Position numbers and translations under genes: made by a program. From Eledone cirrhosa (lineage: Eukaryota), in contig OZ024745.1 of the NCBI GenBank assembly GCA_964016885.1, positions 83,762,001 to 83,826,000 on the forward strand: a stretch of 64,000 nt of DNA. The letters are read 5' to 3'. Positions 1 to 16,124 of the stretch are shown piece after piece. Numbering within the stretch: the first letter of the stretch is position 1; every line of letters starts with the position of its first letter. The notes beneath the pieces were generated by a model. That model was not told the DNA's origin, searched no databases, and was given only the letters and a program-made list of their open reading frames with translations.

Positions 1-880
1 GGATCAGACCATGTATAGACAACATTTACGTTCCATCCGAAATAGATTCTGGCTACGTCAAACATCTTGGCTCAACGAAGGATTGTCGTGGAGGTCGGAA
101 TCTCAAAAACTGGGGTAGTAATTGTATTCATGCATTTCAAGAAGCCTCAGACATTTTCTCCATTGATATCAGAATCAACCAGGAGGATCCACTGGCTCCG
201 TTCCTTTTTGTGATATGCCTTATAACCTGCCTAATGTTATTGCACCATCAGACGGGATCACGATGACATTTCAGCAAAATAGCCGATATCTGGATGAAGT
301 TCAACGTGAATTGACTTACGCAGATGACATAGCTCTCCGGGAAAACACCAATAATCAGGCTGAGGATGTGCTACACAGAGTGGAGGCTGCAGTGCAATCC
401 ATTGGACTTTTCTTTAATGCTTACACAACAAACTCTATGCATCTTAATGCAACACCAAACAACGAACAAATGCATGTGATAGCACGATGTGGACAGCAGT
501 ACAGGGGATGCATGGGGACCAGTCTCAAATCCCTATCGAAAGTATAAGTATATCCGATCATGAAAACAACAAAAATAAGACTATTTAAAACAACGGTTGA
601 GTTCATTATCCTCTACGTGATATTAAAAAAACACTCACAATAAGGATTAATTGTACATTCATTCGAACACTGAGAAGGATCAAGAGAATTTCCTGAAACT
701 CAGACGTATCAAATAAATCGCTCTACGATTTACACCCTCATCTTTCTGATATCATAAGGTGTAGGTGGTTCGCATTTGACGGACATGTGTAACGTCACAG
801 TGAACCAGTTAACAGATGAAGTCTTTTCTGGAAACCAGATGTATGGAAGCGAGTTGGAGGATCATCTGGGTGACATTAGT
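1..880 (+). mobile_element. Degenerate RTE-like LINE, RT/3' fragment
   Basis: RT-like motifs NQEDPLAPFLF (~176-210) and LTYADDIAL in ORF 215-547; many stops and frameshifts. Confidence 0.7.
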
Positions 881-965
881 CCATACTATTAAGTATATTT
901 AAATTTGAATATTTATAGTTTTATTTATTTTGATTTTGTCTTACGTCTTCATAAACTAGCATTCT

Positions 966-1072
<107 letters not shown>

Positions 1073-1334
1073 TACATACACATATATATAAATGCACGAG
1101 ACGTCAATTAGGAACAACACAAGAGAGATAACATTACAGTACCGTGATAATATATATATATTAGTTTTAAGCTCAATATGGTAAGAAAAATGCTTTCACT
1201 TTTAATTCTTAATCTATATGTATTCCATGGTCTGCCATATAAAATGTATGTGTGTGAGATAGAGAGATAAAGATTGAGAGAGGGAGAGAGAAGGGGAGAG
1301 AGTAGACCAAGTAATCGAAATAGAACAATCGAAA

Positions 1335-1890
1335 GAGTATCTGGCATACTTCTCAAATGTGTACAGGAATTTACTTATCTGGGTAGTTAAGTCTCTAGCT
1401 GTAAAAACGATGTAAACAGATGCATTGGTGTGCCATCGACAAGTTATCTCTAGTGTAGAAAACTAGATTTCGAGACAACATGAAAAGGAACCTCTTTCAA
1501 GCAACTGTTACCTCTGCTCTATTGTATGGCTGCTCAGCATGGATCTTTATCTCAAAACTGGAAAGATGTTTGGATGGAGCCTACACTTGGATGCTAAGAG
1601 ATCGTCTGACCAATGAGTGACTGTGTGGGAATCTTAGTCTAGTATTAGATATCATCAAAGAGTTAGATTTGCAGGGAGTTGCTGGAGAGCTAAAGGCGAA
1701 ATTGTTAGTGAAGTTTTTTCTAGGAGCCTAAAAAAAGAAGACCTATCAGAGGACAACAAACCAAAATCTATACCAAGCAGATTTGTGACGACATAAACCG
1801 GAAGCCCTCTGACCTGTGAATATGATGAGCAATAGAATTGGATGGCGACAGAGAGTCAAAGGAAATCCGTTCAAGCAGTGCAGCCTATTG
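1335..1890 (+). mobile_element. Degenerate LINE 3' fragment (RTE-like)
   Basis: QEFTYLGS RT-thumb motif at ~1365 followed by degraded C-terminal coding-like sequence. Confidence 0.55.
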
Positions 1891-1931
1891 AAGGAACTGG
1901 GATCATTTTTTTAAATTACGCAAATATATAG

Positions 1932-1969
<38 letters not shown>

Positions 1970-3416
1970 GGGGGGGGGGGTATGAGTGTGTGTCTATGTG
2001 TGTATGTCTGTGTGTGTGTGTATACACACACACACACATATATATATATATATCTATATCTGTATATACATGAAACTCATAGATTAGTCATCGCAGAGTG
2101 TTTCCTATATATCAACGTATCGTTTTTTTTTGATACCGGGGTCATTCTGCAGATGAAAATCGATAGGGGGGGGTCACCTTTTTTTTAGGTATCAAAAATT
2201 AAGATTTTTGGTTCATTTTGCCACATTTTGCCACCGATTTCGTTCCAATTTTAAGGCAAAATAGAATTTATCATTGCTCATCCTGTAATGGCTTTATATT
2301 TTGCATTTGTTTTTCCGGGACGGCGTGGCAGCCGCTTAAATATTCAAAATTACCACTTTTTCAACCTACTTAATGCTCCCACATTAATCAACCTACTTTA
2401 TTCAAATTTTAAACAACGCTATATCTGATTATTTCACGTCTTCGGCGAGATTAGACTATAGAGAGCAGAACATCGAAACGAATACCACAAAGCATTCTAT
2501 CTGACGTTCTAATGACTCTTCCAATTTTACACCTTATGAAGGGTTAATTCGAATTCAATTTAAGATCTGCTCCTATACTTCACTTATGTTGAGTAACAAA
2601 TGTCAGAAATTGTAAAAGAACCGAAATATATATATAAAAGGTATATTTCTGGGAGACACGTATTGGTACAAATTCTAGTACTTTATCAACAAACACTATA
2701 TATATATTTAATCAATATCAAGAGTTGTCTGAAGATATTGTTAGAATATGTTATTTGATAGGTGTAGTGTTTACTAATGATTGACAATGCAATGTATGTA
2801 ATTCGGAGGAGCACATATACAACACCGTTTATCTCATTCACGACACTAGTGCTATTCTCTAATTTATATCACTAAATTTATAATTTATATCAATAGCGGA
2901 AGGTATAATAAAAAAAATCCTATGTACATAATTTGAATTGAAATTATATTAGATGTACACATTCTTGGAAGCCTAATTCTTCTTAACATTTCGTGGCTAA
3001 GTAATTCGTGGTAATCTTCAAATATATTGAGAAATACACTATATGAACTCCCTTCATAATAGAAAATTCGTAATTTAAACCTATTCTATAATTGACTAAT
3101 CAAGGTAACAATAACCGTATTTGAAGGCTTAAAAGACGCCTACGAGATGATGATAGGTAGGATCAATTATGGTTAACCTAAATCAAAATGTCAACAAGAA
3201 GAACCACTTGGAGATTCAGTTTGAAAACAGTATTAGTTCTCGAGAAATAGCACTTCACAAAACTCATTTTCTAAAAACTGTCGATTGTGAATCACAGGAA
3301 TAAACGAAGATTAGAAATTGTACTGATACTGCAAAGCTATCGTAGAGTTCGAATCTGACTTTGGAATCGAAAGCTCCTCAGATATGTGTTTACATGTAGA
3401 CTCGCGACTAAGTACA

Positions 3417-3487
<71 letters not shown>

Positions 3488-3524
3488 TATATATATAAAG
3501 AGAGAGAGAGAGAGAGAGAGAGAG

Positions 3525-3717
3525 ATATTGGTAAAAGGAAAAGAAAATGCTGACAAATTGTTCCCAGTGAAAAATAGTTTAATTAGGAATAAGTAAAAAT
3601 TAGTAATAGTATTGGTTTGTATTCAGTTTTGATTTTAAGTTTTACCGGTTCCGCATTTCTAATGCTTTTCAAAAATAATTTTGAGATGGAGCGCCCATGA
3701 TGTTTGCTCTAATCTGC

Positions 3718-3722
<5 letters not shown>
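3525..3722 (-). mobile_element. Short pseudo-LTR fragment of the Neptune-like PLE family at 58-61 kb
   Basis: Visible similarity to 58085-58290 (ATATTGGTAAA..GAAAATGCTGACAAATTGTTC..TTTTACCGGTT..GCATTTCTAA); flanked by (GA)n and (TA)n. Confidence 0.8.
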
Positions 3723-3787
<65 letters not shown>

Positions 3788-3811
3788 TTATTTATTAAAA
3801 TAACAGATTAA

Positions 3812-3862
3812 AGTTTAAGGAAAGAATCGCTGCTTTCACCCTTAACGGGATCTTCTGAAACT
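3812..3862 (-). ncRNA. Hammerhead-like motif with variant core CAGAAGA
   Basis: Minus strand: agttt-CAGAAGA-t ccc gttaa ggg t-GAAA-gcag cgattct ttcc-TT-aaact. The related copy at 34368-34396 has ttgc, which restores helix III. Confidence 0.45.
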
Positions 3863-3974
3863 AACAAAGTCAATCTGTGAACTGAACGCAAAAGTGAATA
3901 TTTCAAAAAACGTTGCAACCGGAGGAAGACAGGAAGACGATACTTTGGTTCGTTGAAACGTTCCCTGGCAAAGA

Positions 3975-4211
3975 ACGGGATAAAACGAATATAATACGTC
4001 ATTATTTGGAGCGGTGAAAAACAATTACACGCAAAGACAAAACCACGTTTATGGTATAAAAGAAGTCGTAGACTAATATTCTATTAGGTGGTTCTCCGAC
4101 AATGAACGGAAAAAACGAAGATAATACGTCATATGTGGAGCGGAGAGAACAATTGCCCGCAAAGACAAAACCACGTAAATAGTATAACTGAAGTCGTACA
4201 CTAAAATTCTA
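3975..4211. repeat. Tandem duplication (~128-bp period) in PLE 3'UTR
   Basis: GAACGGA..ATAATACGTCAT..CGCAAAGACAAAACCACGT..GAAGTCGTA occurs twice. Confidence 0.85.
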
Positions 4212-4470
4212 ACTAGGAAACCGAATTGTTCTCGGCTTCAGAGTTAAGAATAAAGTAAATAAAATACAGAGGTAATTGAAATTAAATAAGTACATACACG
4301 CATCCATATACGTACATACACAAGCATACGCGAAAACACTCGCCACAGGTATACATATACACGCACGTAAACAAAAAAAAACCGCACGCACATTCAGAAC
4401 CCACGCAACGCCTGTACCCGCACGCATACGAATGTATACACCAAATACACATAAAAATATATAATAAAAA

Positions 4471-4505
<35 letters not shown>

Positions 4506-6161
4506 CGTGTATACATATAATTAAATAAACGTATATAAATAAATACGTATATAACAAGCACACACACATGTAAATACACATATGTTCAGAGACGTACGTC
4601 AACCAAAACACAAAGCACACATATACACACACCCTACATACGTACGAACCCGCATACACACACAGACGCAAAACTCCTATATACACATAACCAAATCATA
4701 TGTAGCAGAATATATAATATATACGCCATAACATATACAATCAAATATACGTACGAGAAAGTATACGTAACAACACAAAACATACAGGTAATATATACTT
4801 ACCTATACAAATAAGTAATGGTATAAACATAACATATACTTAGCTACCACATCAAGACGTAAAATATCCGCGTATAGTTCGTACTATCCGTTAGGGTATA
4901 ATGTGGGGCTGTAATACAGGAAGGTTTTGTGCAATTTATGTTTACAAGCCGAAATTGCCTTAGATATTTTGTTTAAGATGCGACCTTTGGCGTAGAGTAT
5001 TTCCAGGGCCTCAGCGGTGCAGAGGTCACATGGTATTTTATTTCCGTTATACGATCTAGCCCTAGCTAGGATCTCCCAGTCTAACATATATTGGGTGTGG
5101 TTGTCTTTTAGATTCCAGATATAAGTTGAAAGTGACGTCATATTCCTTCTTAAAGGGTAACGAAAAGAATAGGTATGCATGTAAAGACGCTGCTTGAATC
5201 TATTGGCGATTAACCCTATGTAGGCCCTACGGAACGTGGGTGTTTCAACCTTACATTTGTAGACAATGTTACTAGAGAGGCATTTCCCGGATAGTGGACA
5301 GTCAATCCAATTCCTAAAATTACAGTTAGTACTAACTACATGGTTGCACGTGTTCCCACGGCTAGGTAGTTTAGCTAAATTTGAAGCTGTGATGTTATGT
5401 GCAAGGTTAGGAGTCGTAGAGTAAGAAATTGTAATAGTATTTCTATTAAAAATGTTACTGTATTTGTGTGTAGGGGGAAAATGCTTCGTAATAAGGGAGA
5501 GAAAGATCTTAGCTAATGGTGTGGCCACCTCCATATTATATGGTGGGTTATACCATATAATGCGTCGGGGTCTATTTCTTCTTGGTCTATTCTCGTACTC
5601 TGTATAAGCTACCTTATCGACAAATCCACTCCGAGCAAGAGCTTCATTGTAATATGTGGAATGGTCGTTGAAAATTTGCTCGTTAGTAGATAGACGGGAA
5701 AGCCTCAAATATATATATATATCCAAAATTAAATTAAGGGTGTCATGTCTGAGAGACATGCACCATATCCACTGTAGAATATGCTCAAAGGTTCCAATGA
5801 ATAGATCCGAGCATTTTATATAAACTATTGACATATATATATATATATCTAAAATAAACATATGAAAGAATCACAGGGAATAATTTGTAAAAGTATGTAA
5901 GCCCACACAGCCAGGTAGGTAACTAATTAAAGTTTAACTAGAACTTTAAATATAGATAACTTTTAAAATGATTAATCATTTTAAAATGTTTATTTAAAGT
6001 GTTTATTTTAGATATATCTATATATGTCAATCAATTTCTAGTTTATATATATATATATATATATATATGAAGTATTTCCGTAGGAAAGGTAAAGGAAAAC
6101 AGAGTGCTCTATGTAGGCTATAGAGCTTTTTAGTTATGTAATAAACAACATAAGATAATCA

Positions 6162-6233
6162 TTTCATTTACCAAAGGTTTCACGAAGACAAACGTGCTTG
6201 GCACACACGTCTGCCTTCAATCATCAGAATGCA
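6162..6233 (-). ncRNA. Type I hammerhead ribozyme (family H1)
   Basis: Minus strand: catt-CTGATGA-tt gaaggcagacgtg [tgtgccaag] cacgtttgtcttc gt-GAAA-cc ttt gg-TA-aatg; complete core and 13-bp helix II. Confidence 0.8.
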
Positions 6234-6336
6234 TTTTATATGTGTCCATGTTTGTGTCTGTATATATGCGTATGATTATATGTATGTGCATGTGCATGTA
6301 TGTACGGGTTTGCGTGTATGCGTGTATAAATGTGTA

Positions 6337-6401
<65 letters not shown>

Positions 6402-6429
6402 TTATATGGTTATGTGTAACCATGGCTTA

Positions 6430-8703
<2,274 letters not shown>

Positions 8704-8764
8704 TAAAAGGTAAGCAGAAATAACAACACAATCAGTACAGTATATGGAAATAGCAGGAAGAGGG

Positions 8765-8800
8765 TCTTAACGATTCGGACGCTAGTCCTTCATCAGAAGA
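8765..8800 (-). ncRNA. Degenerate minimal hammerhead
   Basis: Minus strand: tctt-CTGATGA-a ggac tagc gtcc-GAAT-cg-TT-aaga; one substitution from the GAAACGT(H) form. Confidence 0.55.
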
Positions 8801-9115
8801 AAGAATGAGAAATTAGATAGATTTAAGGGACGGGCGGGGTGGAATTGGAAAAAAATATCTTTAGATAAAAACAACAGGTCTATTCATGTTGCCATCTCTT
8901 GGAACTATATATGTGTGTGAGTACATATATATCTATACATATATCTATACAAATACACATATCCATATATATATACACACGCACATATGCATATATATAT
9001 ATATACACACACGCACATATCCATATATATATATACACACGCACATATGCATATATATATTTACGCATACGTGTTTAGACGTACATAAACACACGCGCGC
9101 ACGTACACACACACA

Positions 9116-9190
<75 letters not shown>

Positions 9191-9898
9191 GAACACATAC
9201 ACACGAACATGATCACAGGAGCCGCATTTTTATGAAATGAAAAAATGGTGTCTAGGAAAGGAGAAAGAAAAATATTGAGAACTACTTAAGTAATTTTGTA
9301 TACATTAACATGAGTTCCCTGTCAACAAAACACCTACCATGACAACAAACGTTTTCTATTGCATTAAATTCTTGCCATGGCAACAAATGGATTGTTTTAG
9401 AAACAAATATCTGATATAGGAATAAATATGTGAAGCCATTAGCACCTTGAAAGATTCAATAAATGGAATGACGTTTAAACAGTTTTGTGTCGGCTTTATT
9501 ATACGAGAGCATTTATAGGAATCTGAATTAACATAGGTTATAACGGAGTTCAAGGCGGCAAACTGGCGAATATTTAGAATGTTAGATAACATGCTTTGCT
9601 TTATTCATTCCGGCTTTCTTCGCTCTCTGACTTTCATCATTTCGATAAAAAGGTAACAATCGAGTACTGGAGGTGATTTTTGTTCTATATCTCTATCTCG
9701 CATGCTCACTATCGCCCTCTCAGCTTCCCTGGAAGAAAGTGGCCGTACACAGATCTAGAGAGGGGATGGGCTCCACCAGGTTTAAACTAAATGCCCATGA
9801 AACGGCAAGTGTCATTACAACGCTCTTCGAATCTACCATGATTTACAAGTCCATGCATACATATATAACTGAATTCGGTAAAGTAAATATAGAGGTAG

Positions 9899-10125
9899 AG
9901 GCGTGACCTAGTGGTAAGGATGTTGGACTTACGACCATAATGACATAGGTTCAATTGCTGGACTGAGTTGTTTGTTGTGTACTTGAGAAAATCACTTCCT
10001 TTCACGTTGCTGAAAACAATTACCAGTAATAGCTGGAGGTTTTAATCTGCGATGGACTGGCTTCCTGTCCAGTCGCTTCACACCATGGAATGGTTATAAG
10101 CCTCCGGGCTAGAGACAGACTTTAG
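9899..10125 (+). mobile_element. Degenerate tRNA-derived SINE (second family)
   Basis: A-box-like GTGACCTAGTGG and B-box-like GGTTCAATT followed by GTGTACTTGAGAAAATCACTT; related reverse copy at ~36160-36355. Confidence 0.6.
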
Positions 10126-10604
10126 ACACATCGAGTGATGAATTGACAGCGTTATTAGGCCGTCAGTTTAAATATGCCTCGGTATTTTTCAAAGTTCACT
10201 GCACTGTGAGTTAAAATGTAATTCTAGCCATTTTGTAATTAAATATTGTCACGTCCACAAGATTATATTAATTTACTAGAAATATGTATAAAATCATGGA
10301 AATTTTAATTGGCAGTGAACGCATTTCCAAGAAGGTTTAAAGCTAAATCCCGGTCTTTTCTGTAATCCGATGAGATGCATATTTACTTTGTATCCACGAG
10401 ATCTCTTTTAAATGAGAACAAACATTTAATGTCACCGTTTTGTCTCAAATCAGCACATCAATGATCAAAGGCGTTCCCACTTCCTATAATACAGTCTTCC
10501 TCCGGTTTTATAGATAAAGCTGTATTATCCAATTAATTTCTCCATTGTAAATTCAGTGCAGTGACATTTGAGAGTAATTTGGCTGATATTTGAAAATGTA
10601 AGCC

Positions 10605-12777
10605 TATCCCGTGACCCCAAAGAGGTTCCGGAAGGTAGCAAATCTTGACAATTGGAACCTTGAACATCACAACCCTTACGGGTAAGGAGCAGGAGCAAGT
10701 GAAGGAAACTAGATGTTATCGGCTAGATATAGTCGGGGTTTCATCAACGGAGTTCCGTGGCTCTGGATTTGGATAGCGTATGGAAACTCCACTAGTCAGG
10801 TGTGTAGCACCAGGACCAGAAGTGACTGAACAGGGGTGTGTGGGATTACTCACAAGCCTCCGACTGTCAAAATGTTTGATGAACTGGATTCCATATGGAG
10901 GGAGGATTTGTCTCTTGAAGCTTAAGCTGACAAATAGGTCTCTGTGGGTAGTGTAAGTTTATGCACCAAACACGGAGTCCAAATACTGATACTACCTTGA
11001 TGAAGTCACTGCTGTGTTAGATATAGTGAGGACTGAGTCATATATCTCGATGGGAGACTTCAATGTATATGTTAGTAATGACCACCTGACATGAAAAGGA
11101 GGGATTGGACGGAATGGTGGCCCCAATCTAAATGCGAATGGAGAGTACTTCTGTTCTAGCAATGGATTCTCTATTAGGAACACCTTGCAGCACAAACACA
11201 TCCATAAATATACATGGTATAATGAGAATGAAAGACAGAGATCAATAATTGATTTTGTTATTGTTTCTGAGATCTTCGATTCTGTGATGGATGTTCGTGA
11301 TAATAGAGGGGCTGAGCTGCCAACTGGTCACCATTTAGTTATCTGCAACTTGAGACTACCTAAAACCAAAGAAGTCCACAAAATGTGGAGATCTAGGGTG
11401 ACCTAGAGTATACAGTCGGAAGCGTTGCTGAATAAGGAAGTCAGGACCACATTTGCAGATACTATTGCATGCAAATTCAGAGAACACCCTGAGCAAACTG
11501 AAAACTTTCAGACGGAGTGGAAATTGTTCAGCGCAGCAGTTTATGTTTCAGCTGTTAAATGCTGCATGCAAAGGAGGCGTGGTTTGACGCTGGATAGTAG
11601 GAGGAGCTCTTGGCTCAATTGAGAGATCAAAGATGTCATCCGAGCAAAGGAGGCTTACAAAGCTTAGTTTGGAAATAAGTCCTCCTTCCTGCACGTACGG
11701 TAAAAGCGTGCACGAAGAATCGCAACAGAGATGGTAAAGGCGTCCAAAGTTAAGAGATGGGAGGACTTTGAGGTTAAGCTAGAATCCGACTTGAGATCAG
11801 CAAATAAAGTGTTCTGGTAGAACATCCATGGAAGTTCTCTTCCACACCTGTTATCAAGAACGCATCTGGGGTTCTCCTCTATTCAGAGAGGTGCATCCTC
11901 GCGAGGTGGAGATAATATTTTGCTGATCTCATAAACACGATGACAACAGCATCTTCTGATGTACATGAGGTACATCTGGGAACGATGACTAATCTCTCAG
12001 AAGCTGGGGTCAAAGAACAGTTAAAGAACTCAAATGTGGCAAGGCCGCATGGGAAGATGAGATCCTGTTTGAGCTGTTGAAAGTCTTTAATAGAGAAGGC
12101 ATTCTTTGGCTAACTCATGTGTGCCGGGTGGCCTGAAAATGCATCTAAGCAATGGTGATCGGGGGTGATAATCCCTATTTCCGGAAAGGGAGACAAGAGA
12201 GATTGTTCCAATTACAGAGGGACATCCTTGTTAAACCTTCCTGGTAAAGTCTATGCTCAGAGCCTGGTTAAATGATGCAGGGATATATGCCGAACCCAAG
12301 CTAGCTGATGAACAGTGCGATTTTCGCCCCAGACAGAAAAGTCTACCAAATATTCACACTGCCGCAGGTCTTCGAGAAATCGTTGGAAAAGGCATATGGT
12401 TTACTCGATATAGTGCGTAGCTCGGAGATCAGAGAGTCACTCTAGGTAGAGCCGTTACTTCTCCGAATTGAGAGACCATAGCTCCGAAACTATGGGCATG
12501 TGGTTACATTGTCTCAGGAAAGAATCGCTGGACATAATTTTACGGGAAAAACCAACTAGCAGGAAAACCATGTGTAGATCCCAAGCAAGATGGTTGGATA
12601 ACATCCATGAGCTTGGCTGATCACGTTTGGGGATCCGGCCGGATCAGTTGGAGACGGTTGCTTCAGACTGGGCCTGCTGGAAGAAGTGTTTGAAGACTCT
12701 GCCCCCATGTCCCTTCCAGAAAGAAGAAGAAGAAGAAGAAGAAGAAGAAGAAGAAGAAGAAGAAGAAGAAGAAGAAG
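10605..12777 (+). mobile_element. RTE-like LINE relic (APE endonuclease, partial RT, internal deletion) with (GAA)n tail
   Basis: LTIGTLNITTL, MGDFNV, SIIDFVIV, TGHHLV and NYRG motifs; RT core missing after ~12390; (GAA)n at 12718-12777. Confidence 0.85.
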
Positions 12778-13660
12778 ATTTATATAGAAATGACTTCTAT
12801 AAGACTAGAATAGTTTCATTCGTATGAAGAATATTTCTAACTGTTTAAGCATTCGTGTAGAGGCTCTTCGTTTGCATGATCACATGGATGAATACTATAG
12901 GTACACGTTAAATATTTTAAAGGCAATCAAAATCTGAAAGCAATAATATATTTATATTTTACACTATAAATTATATTTTACATTATAAATTATATTTTAC
13001 TATAAATTATATTTTACACTATAAATTCCTCTTCATCATTGTACATTTATTATTATTTGCCGTAAGTTCTTTTTTTATTGATGAAGAATCGCAGAGATGA
13101 AATTAACACACCAAACCATTATTTATTGATTAGGTAATTGACTGATTGATTAAAAGAGATGCCATTTTAAAGATTCATGACGTTAACAGCCTTTTTATGG
13201 TATTTAGTAGGGGAAGTAAAATGGTGCTTGAAACCGTAATATTGTATATCGATATCGATATATTTTTTTACCATATAATTCATATTAGAACAGTGACACA
13301 CCAAAAAGGGAGATACAGATGCAACAACAGTACATATAACTGTGAGATAGTGAAAGAAATCATTATAGATGACAGTTTAATGCGCACTTACACTAAATAA
13401 ATAATGGTGACTTAAAAATGTCATCAATCAATTATATCTATGACCATAAAATATTTTAGAAACAAAATGACACGTGAAAGCATATGTATGTATGTATGTG
13501 TGTATGTATGTATGAATGTATAGATAAATATACAGAGAAAAGAGAGATATAAAGAGAGGGCAAGAGAGAGATACAGAAAGGAATATCTAAGCATTCTCTA
13601 GAACACGTATGTCAGGGATGTTTAAATGATGTATAATATATGAAGTATTTCGAACTCATA

Positions 13661-13827
13661 TAATTGTTTCTACTGTTGGCACAAGACCAGCAAATATCCC
13701 AGTGTATTCCTGGTACTTTATTTTATCGACCCCGTTAGGATGAAAGGCAAAGTTAACCTCGGCGGGATTTGAACTCAGTCCGTAAAGGGACGTAACTGTG
13801 CTGCAAAGCATGGCGTCCGACCCTCTA
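13661..13827 (-). mobile_element. 5'-truncated tRNA-derived SINE with 19-bp TSD
   Basis: Reverse copy of the main SINE; TATTTCGAACTCATATAAT duplicated at 13646-13664 and 13826-13844. Confidence 0.9.
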
Positions 13828-13869
13828 TTTCGAACTCATATAATATACACAAATATAAATACAAATGCG

Positions 13870-14853
<984 letters not shown>

Positions 14854-14989
14854 CTATAAATTCACGAAATCACATGTTCCTTCGCACATCCATAATATTA
14901 TATAATCCACGTTTACATTATTAAATAACAAGCGATGTATTTATGACAGAAATATCTATCTCGCACATATGCAGGTTTTGTGTTTTTGT

Positions 14990-15475
14990 TTGTTTCAAGC
15001 TGTGCCAAATTATGCAGCATATTTTATGCTATTTTTTTATGTACTCCATTTTAATATAAATTCCATTTTTGTCAATTTTCAGATATTTGAGGTTAATTTA
15101 TTTCTGTGATTAAACACGACCACAATGCAACCCCAAAAGCTAGAAACATAAAACATTAACGAAATATTGGTCCGAGGAAGTGTTAATGAATGCACAATGC
15201 AACGCTGGTTTCAAAACATCCGTGGAGATGGATTAACTGCTGCTGGTTCACTTTTCAAGTAAAATGTAAAGTGATTGGTATTAAATAGAGTGCAATGTAA
15301 GCAACGTGGTAAAAGGGATTTTTAGTGTACAAATAGATGGTGGTACGGTGTAAACTTTATTTACATTTAAATCTCACTATATATTATATATATTTTATTG
15401 TTTCTCAACGGCATTTAAAAAATAAGAACTACTATTTTGTTGAAAATAAGAACTACTATATGGGACAGCATAATA
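14990..15475 (+). mobile_element. Possible deleted Tc1/mariner remnant
   Basis: HTH-like peptide (NINEI..VNECTMQRWFQ) at ~15150-15225; heavily degraded. Confidence 0.4.
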
Positions 15476-15516
15476 GAGGTGTTAAAGCTTTTGAATGTAA
15501 TGTCTGTAAGCGAATA

Positions 15517-15708
15517 TAATTGTTTCTACTTTTGGCACAAAGCCAGCAATTATCCCAGTGTATTACTGGTAGTTTATTTTATCGACCCTGCAAGGATAAA
15601 AGGCAAAGTTAACCTCGGCGGCAATTGAACTCAGATCATAAAGGGAGTTAACTCTATGCTTGAAAGCATGGCGTCCGACCCTCTACCGATACTGCCAATC
15701 CACCGCCA
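15517..15708 (-). mobile_element. Full-length tRNA-derived SINE with 18-bp TSD
   Basis: TCTGTAAGCGAATATAAT at 15503-15520 and 15709-15726; A-box TGGCAGTATCGG and B-box GTTCAATT on the minus strand. Confidence 0.92.
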
Positions 15709-16124
15709 TCTGTAAGCGAATATAATGTCAAAGCGACAGATGCAGAAAAAATATGTAGGTGCAATCTCCAGTGGGAATGTTTGAAGCTGCTCGTATTTTT
15801 TTTTTTTTCAGTAACATGAATTTAATTCAATGTTCTTTGTTTCTAGTGACACGAGTAATAATAAAAAAAAAACAGTTAGAATCCATGTAGATAATAGTTA
15901 TATTTGTAGGAGCAAGTTTCAGAGAGAATTGTTTATGGGCTGAAAGTCATATTTTATGTGGCTTTCTATAATGTCTTTTCTATGTTTTTCAAAACAATAT
16001 TGTTATCGTCATTTCTTTGTTTTAACTCCACTTTCTCCCCATTTGCCCATCTCTATCTCTATCTTTCTATCTCTCTCGCTCTCTCTTTTCTCTCTCTCTC
16101 ATATATATATATAAATATTGATAT

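Larger units (their letters stand above)
3796..5706 (-). mobile_element. 5'-truncated Penelope-like element (WYNPP-type; thumb, linker, GIY-YIG and long 3'UTR)
   Basis: ORF 4884-5861 has RRIIWYNPPY, KHFP..IFNRNTITISYS, CPLSGKC, NIVYKC..AYIG..FKQRLYMH and CDLC. The first ~50 aa of the ORF are unrelated read-through. Both ends abut (TA)n. Clade (possibly Hydra-type) not established. Confidence 0.85.

Noticed and set aside
12627-12827. Poly-Glu protein
   Set aside because: Translation of the (GAA)n tail of the RTE-like relic.
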